DNA of 64,000 nt from Mobula birostris (lineage: Eukaryota), in contig NC_092398.1 of the NCBI RefSeq assembly GCF_030028105.1, positions 28,676,424 through 28,740,423 of the forward strand. The letters run 5' to 3'. Position numbers and translations under genes: made by a program. Below are positions 39,601 to 52,400 of the stretch, piece by piece (within the stretch, counting starts at the first letter, position 1; each line of letters starts with the position of its first letter). The notes under the pieces were generated by a model. That model did not search any database and was not told where the DNA came from. It was given only the letters and a program-made list of their open reading frames with translations.

Positions 39601-41470
39601 TTATTACAGAGTAATAGAGAAGTGCAGCACAGAAACATGCCTCTATGGTCCATCTGGTTTATGTTGAAACCATTTAAAATACCTACTTCCATCAGCCTTC
39701 TCTGAGACCATATCCCTCAATACCCTTACCATCCATGTACCTATCCTAACTTCGCTTAAACATTGAAATTGAGTTTGCATGCACCACTTGTGCTGGCAGC
39801 TCATTCCACACTCTCATGACCCTCTGAGTGTAGAAACTTCCCCTCATGTTTCCCTTAAATATTTCACCTTTCACTCTTATCCCATGAGCTCTTGTTGTAG
39901 TCCCACTCAACCTGAGTGGATAAAGCTTGCTTGCGTTTACCCTATCTATACCCCTCATAATTTTGTATACCTCTATCAAATGACCTACGTTCTAAGGAAT
40001 AAAGACCTGGCAACATCCTTGTAAATTTTCTCTGCATTCTTTCAAGCTTGTTTACATCTTTCCTATTGGTAGGTGACCAAAACTACACACAATAATCCTA
40101 ATGAGGCCTCACCAACTTCAACATAACATCCCAAAGCCCGTAGTCAATATTCTGATTTATAAAAGTCAATGTGCCTAAAGCTTTCTTTACAACCCTCTCT
40201 CCCAGTTATGCATTCCAGACCCCTTTGTTCTACCACTCTCTATAGTACCCTCCATTCACCATGTAAGACCTATTCTGGCTGGACCTACTGAAGTGCAACA
40301 CCTTGCACTTATCTGCATTAAATTCCATTTGCCATTTTCAGCCAATTTTTCCAGCTGATCCAGATCCTCATGCAAGCCATGATAGGCTTCCTCGCTGTCC
40401 ACTATACCTTCAATCTTGGTGTCATCTGCAAGTTAGCTGATCCATTTAACCAAGTTATCATCCAGGTCAATGATATCAATGACAAGCAACAATGATACCA
40501 GCACTGAACCCCACTAGTCACAGGTCTTCAGTCAGGGAAGCAACAAGCCCACAAAATTGAATCCAATTTACTGCCTCATCCTGAATGTTGAGCAACTGAA
40601 CCTCTGGACCAACATCCCATGCGGGACCTTATTAAGTGTCTTGATAAAGTCCATGTAAATGACATCCACTACATTGCCTCCATCCACTTTCCTGGTAACT
40701 TCCTCGAAAAACCTTATAAGATTGGTTGGACATAACCTACCAGGCACGAAGCAATGCTGACTATCTCTAATCAGTCCATGTCTATCCAAATACTTCTTTA
40801 TCCAGTCCCTTAGAATATCTTCCGATAACTTTCCCACAACTCACTGGCCTACAATCTCCTGGTTTATGTTTACAGTCTTTCTTAAACAGTGGAACAACAT
40901 TGGCATCCTCCAATCTTCTGGTACCTCTCCCATCACTAAAGATGATCTGAAAATCTCTGCTTGGGCTACAGCCAATTCTGCACTTGCTTCTCGTAGGGTC
41001 TGAGGGAACACTTTGTCCTGCCATGGCAATTTTTCCACCCTGATTTGCCTCAGCACAGCAAACACCTCCTCCTCTGTAATCTGTAGAATCCCGTCACCTT
41101 GTCTACTTCATGCCTTCTTTTAGCCCTCCTGATTTCTGTCTCAAATGTTCCCTTGCATTTCTTATACTCCAGCACCTCATTTGTTCCTACTTGCCATACA
41201 TCTTTTTTCCTTAACCAAGGCCTCAATATCTCCTGAAAACCAAGCTTCCCTGCACTTGTTACCTTTACCGTTGGTACATAACTAGCATTTTGCTCTCAAA
41301 ATTTCACTTTTGAAAGCTTCCCACTTACCAAGTACACCTTTGCTAGAAAACAGCCTGTCCCAGCCCGTACTTTCCAGATCATTTCTAATACCATCAAAAT
41401 TGGCCTTTCGCTGAATTAGAATCTCAACCCGCAGACCAGACCTATCTTTTCACATATTTACTTTGAAACT
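39600..41470 (-). mobile_element. CR1 LINE fragment, degenerate
   Basis: WRDANVVPLFKK, YMDF.K..NKVPH and YKIMRGIDRVNA motifs plus a CR1 tail. Confidence 0.88.
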
Positions 41471-42319
41471 AGTTGCATTATGATGCAAGTTGCTCACCTG
41501 CACCAGTGATTCCCAATGGGTGCAGTTATGTGTTCTAAGAGGCCGTTAAAGGAAATGGAAGGCGTTGGGGGGCGGTGTACAAGATTCTTGGAGGGGGGCA
41601 GTAAACGGCACCCTAACTTGAATCTTGAGACCTGACCGACCGTTGGTTGAGCTGGCACTTCCAGAAAAAAAAGGATGAGGCACTAGAACACAGCTCAGCA
41701 GGCAGTGAGCTCTCGTCGTCACAACAAGTCTGAAATTCAACAATCTCATCCAACCTTACCAACTAAAGCGACATAATTGGGGAGGCATAATTTAGCAACC
41801 AGAATCCATTGACTTGTGGTACGGAACGAGTTCATGCAATATAACAGTTAGTATGCCAAGTACTTTCTCTACAGACCTACAAAAACAGATTGCACAACAA
41901 GACATAGAAACATAGAAACATAGAAAATAGGTGCAGGAGTAGGCCATTCGGCCCTTCGAGCCTGCACCACCATTTATTATGATCATGGCTGATCATCCAA
42001 CTCAGAACCCCGCCCCAGCCTTCCCTCCATACCCCCTGATCCCCGTAGCCACAAGGGCCATATCTAACTCCCTCTTAAATATAGCCAATGTACTGGCCTC
42101 AACTGCTTCCTGTGGCAGAGAATTCCACAGATTCACCACTCTCTGAGTGAAGAAGTTTTTCCTAATCTCGGTCTTAAAAGGCTTCCCCTTTTCTGGCCCG
42201 AACCAAACGGTGAAATAAAGACAATCGGTGAACCTGCCAACCCCGAGGATACTTCTTAATGTGTTCAATATGTGCAGTCAAGAACCACTTGGGGATTATG
42301 AAGCTTTATGTGATTGGTC

Positions 42320-43500
42320 TCAACAACACTCACGACATGCTGGAGGAACTCAGCAGGTCGGGCAGCATCCATGGAAAAGATCAGTCAACGTTTCGGGTCG
42401 AACCCTTCATCAGGACTGAAGAGGGAAGGGGCAGAGGCCCCATAAAGAAGGTGGGGGAGGGAGAGTGAGAAGGAGAAGGCTGGTAGGTTCCAGGTGAAAA
42501 ACCAGTAAGGGGAAAGATAAAGGGGTGGGGGAGGGGAGGCAGGGAGGTGATAGGCAGGAAAGGTGAAGAAGGAATAAGGGAAAACACAATGGGTAGTAGA
42601 AGGAGGCGGAACCATGAGGGAGGTGATAGGCAGCTGGGGGAGGGGCAGAGTGAAATGGGGATGGGGGAAGGGAGGGGGAGGGAATTACCGCAAGTTGGAG
42701 AATTCTATGTTGATACCAAGGGGCTGGAGACTACCTAGACAGTATATGAAGTGTTGCTCCTCCAACCTGAGTTTAGCCTCATCATGGCAGTAGAAGAGGC
42801 CATGTATGATATCCGAATGGGAATGGGAAGCAGAGTTGAACTGGGTGGCAACTGGGAGATCCTGTCTGTTGTGGCAGGCGGAGCGGAGGTGCTCGATGAA
42901 GTGGTCCCCCAATCTGCATCGGGTTTCACCGATGTAGAGGAGGCCGCACTGGGAGCACCGGGTGCAATAGATGACCCCAACAGACTCACAAGTGAAGTGT
43001 TGCCTCACCTGGAAGGACTGTTTGGGGCCCTGAATGGTGGCAAGAGAGGAGGTGTAGGGACAGGTGTAGCACTTACGCTTACAGGGATAAGTGCCGGGTG
43101 GGAGATCCGTGGGGAGGGACGTGTGGATCAGGGAGTCGAGGAGGGACCGATCCCTGCGGGAAGCGGAGAGGGGTGGAGAGGGAAAGATGTGCTTAGTGGT
43201 GGGGTCATGTTGAAGGTGGCGGAAGTTGCGGAGGATAATCTACTGGATTCGGAGGCTGGTGGGGTGGTAGGTGAGGACAAGGGGAACTCTGTCCCTGTTG
43301 TGGTGGCGGGAGGATGGGGTGAGGGCCGAAGTGTGGGAAATGGAGGAGATGCGGGTGAGGGCATCATTGATGATGGCAGAAGGGAAATCATGATCCTTAA
43401 GGAAAGAGGACATTTGAGATGTCCTGGAACAGAAAGCCTCATCCTGGGAGCAGATGCGGCGGAGACAGAGGAACTGGGAATAGGGAATGGCATTGCAAAA
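42320..43500 (-). mobile_element. Penelope-like element: RT C-terminus, GIY-YIG endonuclease and tail
   Basis: NAIPYSQFLCLRRICS and FTCES.GVIYC.RC..CGLLYIGET.CRL..HFIEH...RLEEQH motifs. Confidence 0.92.
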
Positions 43501-45698
43501 GTGCTTTTGTTGCATCTGCACGAGCTGACTACCTGGTATCTGACATTCTTTTCACAATGGGGAAGTGAGCACCGCCATCAGATAATGCAGCAGAAAGGAG
43601 ATCCCACTGATAAGTAGAAGCAGGAAAAAATCTGGACAGGCTTTCTACAAATTGAAAGAAAATTAATACTTCTTGACAACATTCAGCAGCACATTTTCCA
43701 ACCAATTTTAGTGAATGGAATGTAATCCGCAAACTCATTCAGCTCTTTAATTCGTGCCACTATACTTGCCACTCATGTTGCTGGCATTGTCATAACTTTG
43801 ACCATGGCAGTCTTTAATATCAATAACATTTTCCTTTAAAAAGTCAAGTAAACTAAGCGAGCTGTTCAGCACTATAACCTTCCACATCCAAAAACTTCAC
43901 AAATCTTTTCACTGGTCCAGACGGCAAAACATAGCGCACAGTCAAAGTCAGCAGGTCCACATTCGATATGTCTGGAGTAGAATCCAATGAAACCGAATAA
44001 TACTCGTATTTCTTCACTTCACCGATAATGTGATCCAGTATGCTGGATCCAATCAGACTGATGAATTTCTCACACGTTGTTTTAGAAAGGTATGATTTAT
44101 GTCCCCTTCCTTGGTTTGCATGAGCATTTATATGCTCTGCCATAAAAGGGTCAAAGTTGGCCAGTAATTCTAACAACCCCAAGTAATTTCCATTATGAGG
44201 AGAGCCAACAAAATGAAAAGCCTCATTCTTCTAAAAACTTTACAACTTTAATTATTCACTCCAAAAGTGTGCGCCGATACTTTTGTTCAGTCTCCATTTC
44301 TTTCACAAGGTGGGAATCGACACGCTTAGCTTTGTTTTTGCGCATCAACAGTGAAATTAAAGCTTGTCTATGTGAGGAACTTTCTTCAAGTCGATGTAAT
44401 AGATTGCTTGCATTTTTCCAGTCATTAAACCCCTCTTCACTAAACTTTGATGAACATCCTGAAGTCATAACCTTGCATGGGAAACAGAATAGGCTTCCTT
44501 TGCTTTCTGAACAGAATAACCAATTTCTTTCATGTTGCTTGTTTGTAGATTTATGAACGTATGTAAAATAAGACTTCTGATAGTGCCGAGGTTTCTTTTC
44601 ATTGTCATACAATCGCATGGATGAAGACATCACTTCCCTTGGCTATCCAATATTCACGATCACAATAATCTAGATTGTATGGCCATTCACCAATATCATT
44701 AGAACACTTGTTTTTTTCACTTGTTCTTTCGCATTCAATGGACGCTGGCTGTTGCTGTATCATGCCTTCTGCCGCACTAGTACCAGTTGTTCCTAAATTT
44801 CCAGCTTCAGCCATTATAGCACCATCACCATCTCCATGAACACCAAAATATTCTGTCAATTTAGGTGTTTTTGATATCATAAATTGGTCTCTTCTTTCTT
44901 TTTCTTCCTTCGCTTTACGCTTTGCACTTCCAGAAGCATAATGACGTCCAATATCTCTAGCTGTCTTTCTCATTGCTATCTACATGAAAACAACAGCATT
45001 GCCAGATCATCGTTGTTGTGGCATGGATGAAATCACAGAGCGTTGTGTTACCAGTAGGTACAAGGCAGTTTCTTTATTCGACAAAACAAGGTTACAGCAG
45101 GCAGAGTTCCCTGGCAGAACATGTCTAACTGCCTTGTGATTGAGGCTCGATATTTCTTTGTTAAACACAAAGGACAGTTCATAGTTACAAGTATAGACAA
45201 TTCTTTGAACTTTTCACATCTTTTGATTAAATTCATTCTACCAGCACCAGTATGCCTAAGCTGGCATTCATGGCCTTTAGAAATGCAAGTTAAAATCCAT
45301 AATACATTATTTGGTATGTTACGTGCTAACATAGAGGTCAGTTCGTATTCAAAAAAGCATAGATATGGTGTCTTCGCAACTACCTGTAAACTTAGAATTC
45401 TTGCGCCAGAGATGCATTGTTACAAGTGAAACTGGGTTCATAGCTTTTAGGAAATGCATTATTATGAATTCAGTCTAAAGTACTTTGTCAAAGAGCAGAA
45501 GGCTGCTGGCTGAAGTCATTTATTTAAGTGTAAGTGAATCGTTTACCGAAAGACCACTCTAACAATCGTGAGAATACGGTGAGTTCGGATGCCAATTTCA
45601 CCAGACTGCAGCTTGGAAGCATTTAGTGTGGGTGACGCCCTCGTAAATGTGGGGCTCATAGCATATCCTACTTTTGCTACTAGGTTAATCCGGCCCTG
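43500..45698 (-). mobile_element. hAT DNA transposon (ZnF-TTF/DUF4371-type transposase), 3'-truncated and frameshifted
   Basis: WLFCSESKGSLFCFPC...GFNDWKN (TTF zinc finger), YSVSLDSTPDIS and DTR*SARADAT motifs; 5' TIR cagggccggattaac ending at 45698. Confidence 0.88.
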
Positions 45699-45699
45699 T

Positions 45700-45965
45700 G
45701 TGCTCTCTGTCTTTGGAAACTCTCCTGAACAAATTTGACGAGCTCTATCCCATCTCATCCTTTTACAGTATGGGAGTCCCAGTCAATATGTGCAAAGTTA
45801 AAACTATCTACCTTATCTTTCTTGCAATAGCCTGTGATCTCTCTACAGATTTGTTCCTCTGCATCCCTCGGACTGTTGGGTGGTCTGTAATATAGTCCCA
45901 TTATCGTGGTCATACCTTTCTTATTTCTCAGTTCCACCCACAACACCTCACTAGATGAGTTCTCC
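45700..45965 (-). mobile_element. CR1 endonuclease fragment abutting the WA promoter
   Basis: LWVELRNKKGMTTIMGLYYRPPNS motif. Confidence 0.85.
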
Positions 45966-46460
45966 AGTGAAGCCAATCCCGAGACCCGGCGAGCCGGCAC
46001 CTGCCAGAGACTGCGCATGCGCTCGTCATCCAGCCGGCCGCCGCTGATTGGCTGCCGCGGCTTCCCGCCAGAGACACTCCCCGCCCTCTCTCCGGCACGT
46101 GACTCCGCCAGCGGCCGGGCCGCTCCTTCACTCTCTTCGGCGTTGCCAGAAGCGGAGGAGCGAGGCCGGGGCTGGGACTAGGGCGGTACGTTGGGCGGGG
46201 AGAATGGCGGGGGCGTCGCCTCCTCCTGCCTCCTGCCTCTTACCTCCAGCCGCTCTTTGGTTTTGGCGCAGTCGCAACCATGGGTCGATATGGCGCCGCC
46301 TGGGCGCTCCTCCTGCTCCTCGTCGCTCGTTCGGGAACTCACAGCTCGGCGGCCGGTGAGTCGATTCCTGTCGCGGGGATCACCGCTCTTGCTGCAGACT
46401 GTGGGATCCTGCACAGTTCGCATTGCTGGGGTCATCAACCGGGTCGGGGGTGGGGTGTTA
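45965..46460 (+). promoter_or_regulatory. CpG-island promoter of WA
   Basis: Dense CpG in a CpG-poor background. CCAAT at 45973, NRF1-like TGCGCATGCGC at 46012-46022, CGTCA at 46024-46028, Y-box CTGATTGG at 46044-46051, E-box CACGTG near 46096, and several GC boxes. Confidence 0.75.
46280..46355 (+). CDS. WA: WA exon 1, signal peptide [25 protein letters not shown]
   Basis: Strong Kozak (accATGG), hydrophobic core, small-residue c-region, phase-1 donor G|GTGAGT at 46356, located inside a CpG island. Confidence 0.85.
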
Positions 46461-49400
46461 TGGGTTGGATCTTGTTGTTTAAGGGTTAAACTTCCTGGTA
46501 AGACCTGTCACGTATCCCGTGATGGGAATAAAGAACAGGCAGAAATAGAAAACACTTTGGAGTCCAGTATTACTATTAACTAGTAATATTTATTAGAAAC
46601 TACTCAATACAGTAATATAAATGTAGATAAATCAAACAGGTTAGCAATGATTATTTATGTAAGTAAGTATATCAGTAAGCGTGGAAATATAGGTGAAAAA
46701 CCAAGCTTCTTCAAGTCTAGGGGTAAAAAGATACTGTCTTACGATGATGAGTAAAGTTCAGTTCAGTTCATGGTGTTCCGTTGAGTAGTGATGGAGAGAG
46801 AGGGAGGGAGAGAATTGGGTCTTCAGGTGAGCTGACACCGTTGATCTTCTCGTTGTCCTCCAAAATCCTTTAAAGTCACAGACTGTGACTTCAACAAAGG
46901 GGACCAGTTTTCTGTGGTGGAGCTATCGCCCAGGCAAGGGTGGACACATGGCCAACTCCCCACCGGTCACTGCCTTTTCTTTTCACTGCAGGAGCCACTG
47001 ATCGATCTGTCTGATCGATCCTCCAAAAACCCACTTTTTCTGCAGGCATAACAAAGCTCATTCAGTGTCCAAAACACATGTCTGAGGTTATATCATCTGA
47101 CCTTCTATTTATCTCACTGTACTGAGTATCAACTGTCATTCAAATTACTCCTCCTTCCTTTCTCTGTGTAAGAAATGCAAGCAGGCAAATGTCCTTGAGA
47201 AGTATCAACATGCTGCTGAAAAATCATAACATTGATTGTCCATATAATAACGCCGCCTTCAGTCACCATAGCAACTTACGAGCTGCTCGGTGCCATCTCC
47301 AACTCAGCAGAAATCCAAAAGTTAGCCAGTTCTTTCTCATGCCTTAAAGTGACAGTCCAACAGTTAGTCTTTGTCTGTCTGTCTCTCTCTCTCTCTCTTT
47401 TCAAAACAATATATCGGTGTTAAATAACTCTCTCTCTTCTCTTTTCAAAAGCACAGTTCATAGGGGTCATTCAGGACCCCATCACAGACCACACTTGGAG
47501 TATTGTGTTCAGTTCTGGTTGCCTCATTACAGAGCCACGTTTAATAGCAGGATATTTAAATTGGGATGTGGAAGCTTTAGAGAGTATGCTGAGGAGATTT
47601 ACCAGGATTAGAGGGCCTGTCTTGTGAGGTTGAGCAAGCTAGGGATTTGCTGTTTGAAGTGAAGGAGCATGAGAGGTGACTGAACAAAGATGTACAAGAT
47701 AAGAGGCATTGATAGGATGGACAGTGGAAGACTTTGCCTCAGGGTGGCAATGGCTAACATGAAGGGGCATAACTTTAAAGTGTTTAGAGGGGGAATGTCA
47801 GAGGTAGTATATTTAGGTGTGGAACCTGGCACTGCCAAGGTTGTCATTAAGGACACTTAAGAGACTCTTATAGGCACAGAGGTGACAGAATACTGGAGGC
47901 TTCTGTGTGAGGGAAGGGTTTGATTGATCGAAGGGTTGGCACAACAATGTGGACTGAAGAGCTGGCACTGGTCTATGCACATGGTTGGTGGGATCTTGCT
48001 GTGGACACTCAGGGATGGGGACGGAGGAGTTGTGTAGTGGGATCTTGCCGTGCACTTGTTGGGTGGGGGCTGTGCTATGGATTGAATGGGAATTTGTTTG
48101 ATTGTGCCTTGCCCGTGTTGCATGAATGCTTACCACGTGCAGACTGGATGGGGATTGTTGTAGTGTTACAGACTTGTACAACACACAACTGGGCCCCTTT
48201 GCCCACCATGTGTTTGCTGATGTTTTTGCCCATCTACGCTAATCCCACCCTTCTCCCCCCCCCCCACCCACAGACACACACATTAGGACCATATCCTGAT
48301 GTTAAAGGTACTTTGAATATAATTACAAAATAGGCTGAAGGAACTAGGATACATTAGAGGAAATTTTAAAAATTAGGAATGAAATTAATAGTTTGGCCAC
48401 ACAAGAAATCAGGAAAAATTTAATGTTTCTGAAGCAGAGACACTATGAAAGTGGATCTAAGTCTATGAAAATACTGGCGTGGAAACTGGAAAAAAAATAG
48501 CAGAAAATACAATTCATAGAATTAGGGATTCAAGAACAAAAATAAAAAAATAAGGCAAGTGAAATTCAAGAAGCTTTTGAAGTGTTTTACAAAACTCTAC
48601 ATTCCAAAGTTCCAGGGGGAAGCATAACCCAAATGGACACCTTCCTGAATTCGCTAGTTACCCACTTTAAGCGAAGAACAAAATAGAATGATGACTGATG
48701 ACATAACTGAAGTTGAACTAAAAGCTGAAGTTAGCAGGCTTAAATTAAACAAGTCACCAGGATCAGATGGGTATAAGGCAGAGTGGTATGAAGAATTAAA
48801 AAATAAGTTAATTCCTGTCTTACTCCCCACACTGAACTGGGCTCTAAAATAGGCACAAATGCCACCCAGCTGGAAGGAAATGATAATCCCAGCTATACCG
48901 AAAGAAGGCAAGGATAAAATGGAATGTGGGTCATTTAGACCAATATCCGTTCTTAATGTAGATCAGGGATCAGCAACCTTTTTGCCTCTGTGGGCCGGAT
49001 GGCGTATTAATGAGCGGACGGTGGGCCAGATAAATGACACAAAAAACTTGAAATATGGGAATTATCCATTTAAATACATCTAGTTATGTTTTGCCTCAAA
49101 TTAATGAATAACGCATGCTAGAAAATCATTTGTGCTTAACCAAGGATGCCAATTAGTAATCAAAGAACTCAGTTTAGTTTTTCTGTCCCACCATTGCTGG
49201 TGCCCCATCAGTTGTGAAGCCAATTAGCATCGACATGTTAAGTTTAATTCTGACATCATTTTCAGCAAAGCTTCAAAATTGTCTGCCCCAGTAACCGTGT
49301 CCTTCATAGGAATTAATTGAATAAATTCTTCAAAAATTTGAAAAGTTGAGGTCAGTCCTCGCACAAACACTGCAAGTTGAGCAGTGTCTCTCAAGTCTGT

Positions 49401-52400
49401 ACTCTCATTATGCGCAATTGAAAAAAATAATGCAATTCGTTGTGGGCATCCCTTTAACAACTTTTAACATCTGACATTTCTTCAACTCGCCATGTGATCG
49501 TTCTTGCTGACAGGCTGATAGATGCAAATAAAGATTTCTTTTCAGGACGAACAATATCCACTACTGTCCGTAAACATTCATTGACAAACTCTCCATTTGT
49601 AAAAGGCTTAATCTTTTCTGCAGTATGTTTTGAGACTTCGTTGCTGGCATGGGTATTTCCTTCATTGTCACTGCTTTTCCGCCATTCAGAGTCTACCTTC
49701 CTGCGTTTTGCATTCATTTTGCAAGTATCTCAATATTTGCTCGCGGCTGGTCAAAATACCTTTGAGGGCCGGATCTGGCCCGCGAGCTGTAGGTTGCCTA
49801 CCCCGATGTAGATTATAGATTATTTACCTCCATCGTGGCCAAACGATTAGAAGAGTTTCTACCCATACTGATACATAAGGATCAGACAGGGTTTATGCAA
49901 CAACGCTATACGGAAGACAATGAATGAAGAACACTTCACGTTATGGATCATATGCAAAAAAATAAATTTGAAGCCATAGTGATAAGCGTGGACGATCCTC
50001 CAAAAACCCACTTTTTCTGCGGGCACAACAAGGCTCATTCAGTGTCCACAACACATGTCTGAGGTCTATATCATCTGACCTTCTATTTATCTCACTGTAC
50101 TGAGTATCAACTGTCATTCAAATAACTCCTCCTTCCTTTCTCTGTGTAAGAAATGCAAGCAGGCAAATGTCCTTGAGAAGTATCAACACGCTGCCGAAAA
50201 ATCATAACACTGATTGCCCATCAAATAACGTCACCCTCGGTTACCATAGCGACTTACGAGCTGCTCGGTGCCATCTCCAACTCAGCAGAAATCCAAAAGT
50301 TAGCCAGTTCTTTCTTGTGCCTTAAAATGACAGTCCAACAGTTAGTCTTCGTCTCTCTCTCTCTCTTTCTTTTTCTCTCTCTTTTCAAAACAACATGTCA
50401 GTGTTAAATAACTCTCTCTCTCTCTTTTGAAAAGCACAGTTTATAGGGGTCATTCAGGACCCCGTCACAGACCACACTTCGAGTATTGTGTTCAGTTCTG
50501 GTCGCCTTATTACAGAGCCACGTTTAATATCAGGATATTTAAAATGGGATGTGGAAGCTTTAGAGCAGTGGTCCCCAACCACTGAGCTGCAGATCATGTG
50601 CTACCGGGCTGTGAGGAAACAATATGAGTCAACTGCACCTTTCCTCATTCCCTGTCACGCACTGTTGAACTTGAACATAGGGTTGCCAACTGTTCCGTAT
50701 TTGCCGGGACATCCCATATATTGGGCTAAATTGGTTTGTCCTATACGGGACCGCCCTTGTCCTGTATTTCCCCCGCTAAGGTAGAGCATTCCTATGAAAC
50801 CTTTCATGCCAAAATGGTGTGAAGCGAAGAAGCAATTATCATTAATTTATATGGGAAAAATTTTTGAGCGTACCCAGATCCAAAAAATAACCTACCAAAT
50901 CATACCAAATAACACATAAAACCGAAAATAACACTAACATATAGTAAAAGCAGGAATGATATAAATACACAGCCTATATAAAGTAGAAATAATGTATGTA
51001 CAGTATAGTCGGGAAGATGAAGGCAAAACCGATCTGTTGAAAAAAATCGACACTTACGTGCATGCGCACACAGGTGCCCGCCCAAGGCTTCATGGTCATG
51101 GTAGTCTTTCTTGGGGTAATGTGTCCTGGGATTTTACTGCTACTTTCATCCCTTATTTGGGAGTGAGAAAGTTGGCAACCCTAACTGTAACAGACATGTT
51201 GAGGTGAGTTTAACCCTACTTGAACCCCCCCCCCCCGGTTGGCCGATCCACAAGAATATTGTCAATATTAAACCGGTCTGCAGTGCAAAAAAGGTTGGGA
51301 ACCCCTGCTTTAGAGAGTATGCTGAGGAGATTTACCAGGATTAGAGAGCATGTCTTGTGAGGTTGAGCAAGCTAGGAATTTGCTCTTTGAAGTGAAGGAG
51401 CATGAGAGGTGACTTAACAAAGATGTACAAGATAAGAGGCATTGATAGGGTGGACAGTGGAAGACTTTGCCCCAGGGTGGCAATGGCTAACATGAAGGGG
51501 CAAAACTTTAAGGTGTTTAGAGGGGGAATGTCAGAGGTAGTATATTTAGGTGTGGAACCTGGCACTGCCAAGATTGTCATTAAAGACATTTAAGAGACTC
51601 TTATAGGCACAGAGGTGACAGAATAATGGAGGCTTCTGTGTGAGGGAAGGGTTAGATTGATCAAAGGGTTGGCACAACAATGTGGACCTAAGAGCTGGCA
51701 CTGCGATCCGCTGTTCTATGCACATGGTTGGTGGGATCTTGCTGTGGGCATGCAGGGATGGGGAAGGAGGAGTTGTTTAGTTGAACTTGTTGTGTGGGGG
51801 CCGTGTTATGGATTGAATAGGAATTTGTTTGATTGTGCCTTGCCCATGTTGCATGGACGCTTGCCACGTGCAGACTGGCTGGGGGTGTTTTAGTGTTATA
51901 GACTTGTACAACACACAACCATGTGTTTGCTGACATTTTTCTCCATCTATGCTAATCCCATCCTCCCCCCCCCCCCCCCGCACCACCATTAGGACCGTAT
52001 CCTGATGATACATGTACTTTGAATATACTTATACACATTGCCCCTTTAAGTGTCTGTCCAAATACCTTTTAAACGTAGTGATTGAGCCCATTTCCACAGC
52101 CTCTGCTGGCAGCTCATTCTAGATATCAACCATTCTTTATGTAAGAAAAAAAGTGTACCCCCTCGGATCCCCTTTAAAACTCCTTCTTTTCACTTGAAAT
52201 CAGTGCTGTCTTGTTTCCATTTTGTATGGATTGGTTGGGATGTTGTTGTGTAACTGCTGAGTGGGATCTTGTCATGTACACAGGGTTGGACCTGATCACA
52301 GAGTGGGATTGTGTTTGTGCTTTGTGCATGTATATAGATGGGTGAGTTATTTTTCGGTGAGACATTAGACACACTACATACAGAGTAGGGAACTTTTCTC

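Noticed and set aside
42751-43617. 288-aa plus-strand ORF
   Set aside because: It is the antisense shadow of the Penelope RT/GIY-YIG coding region.
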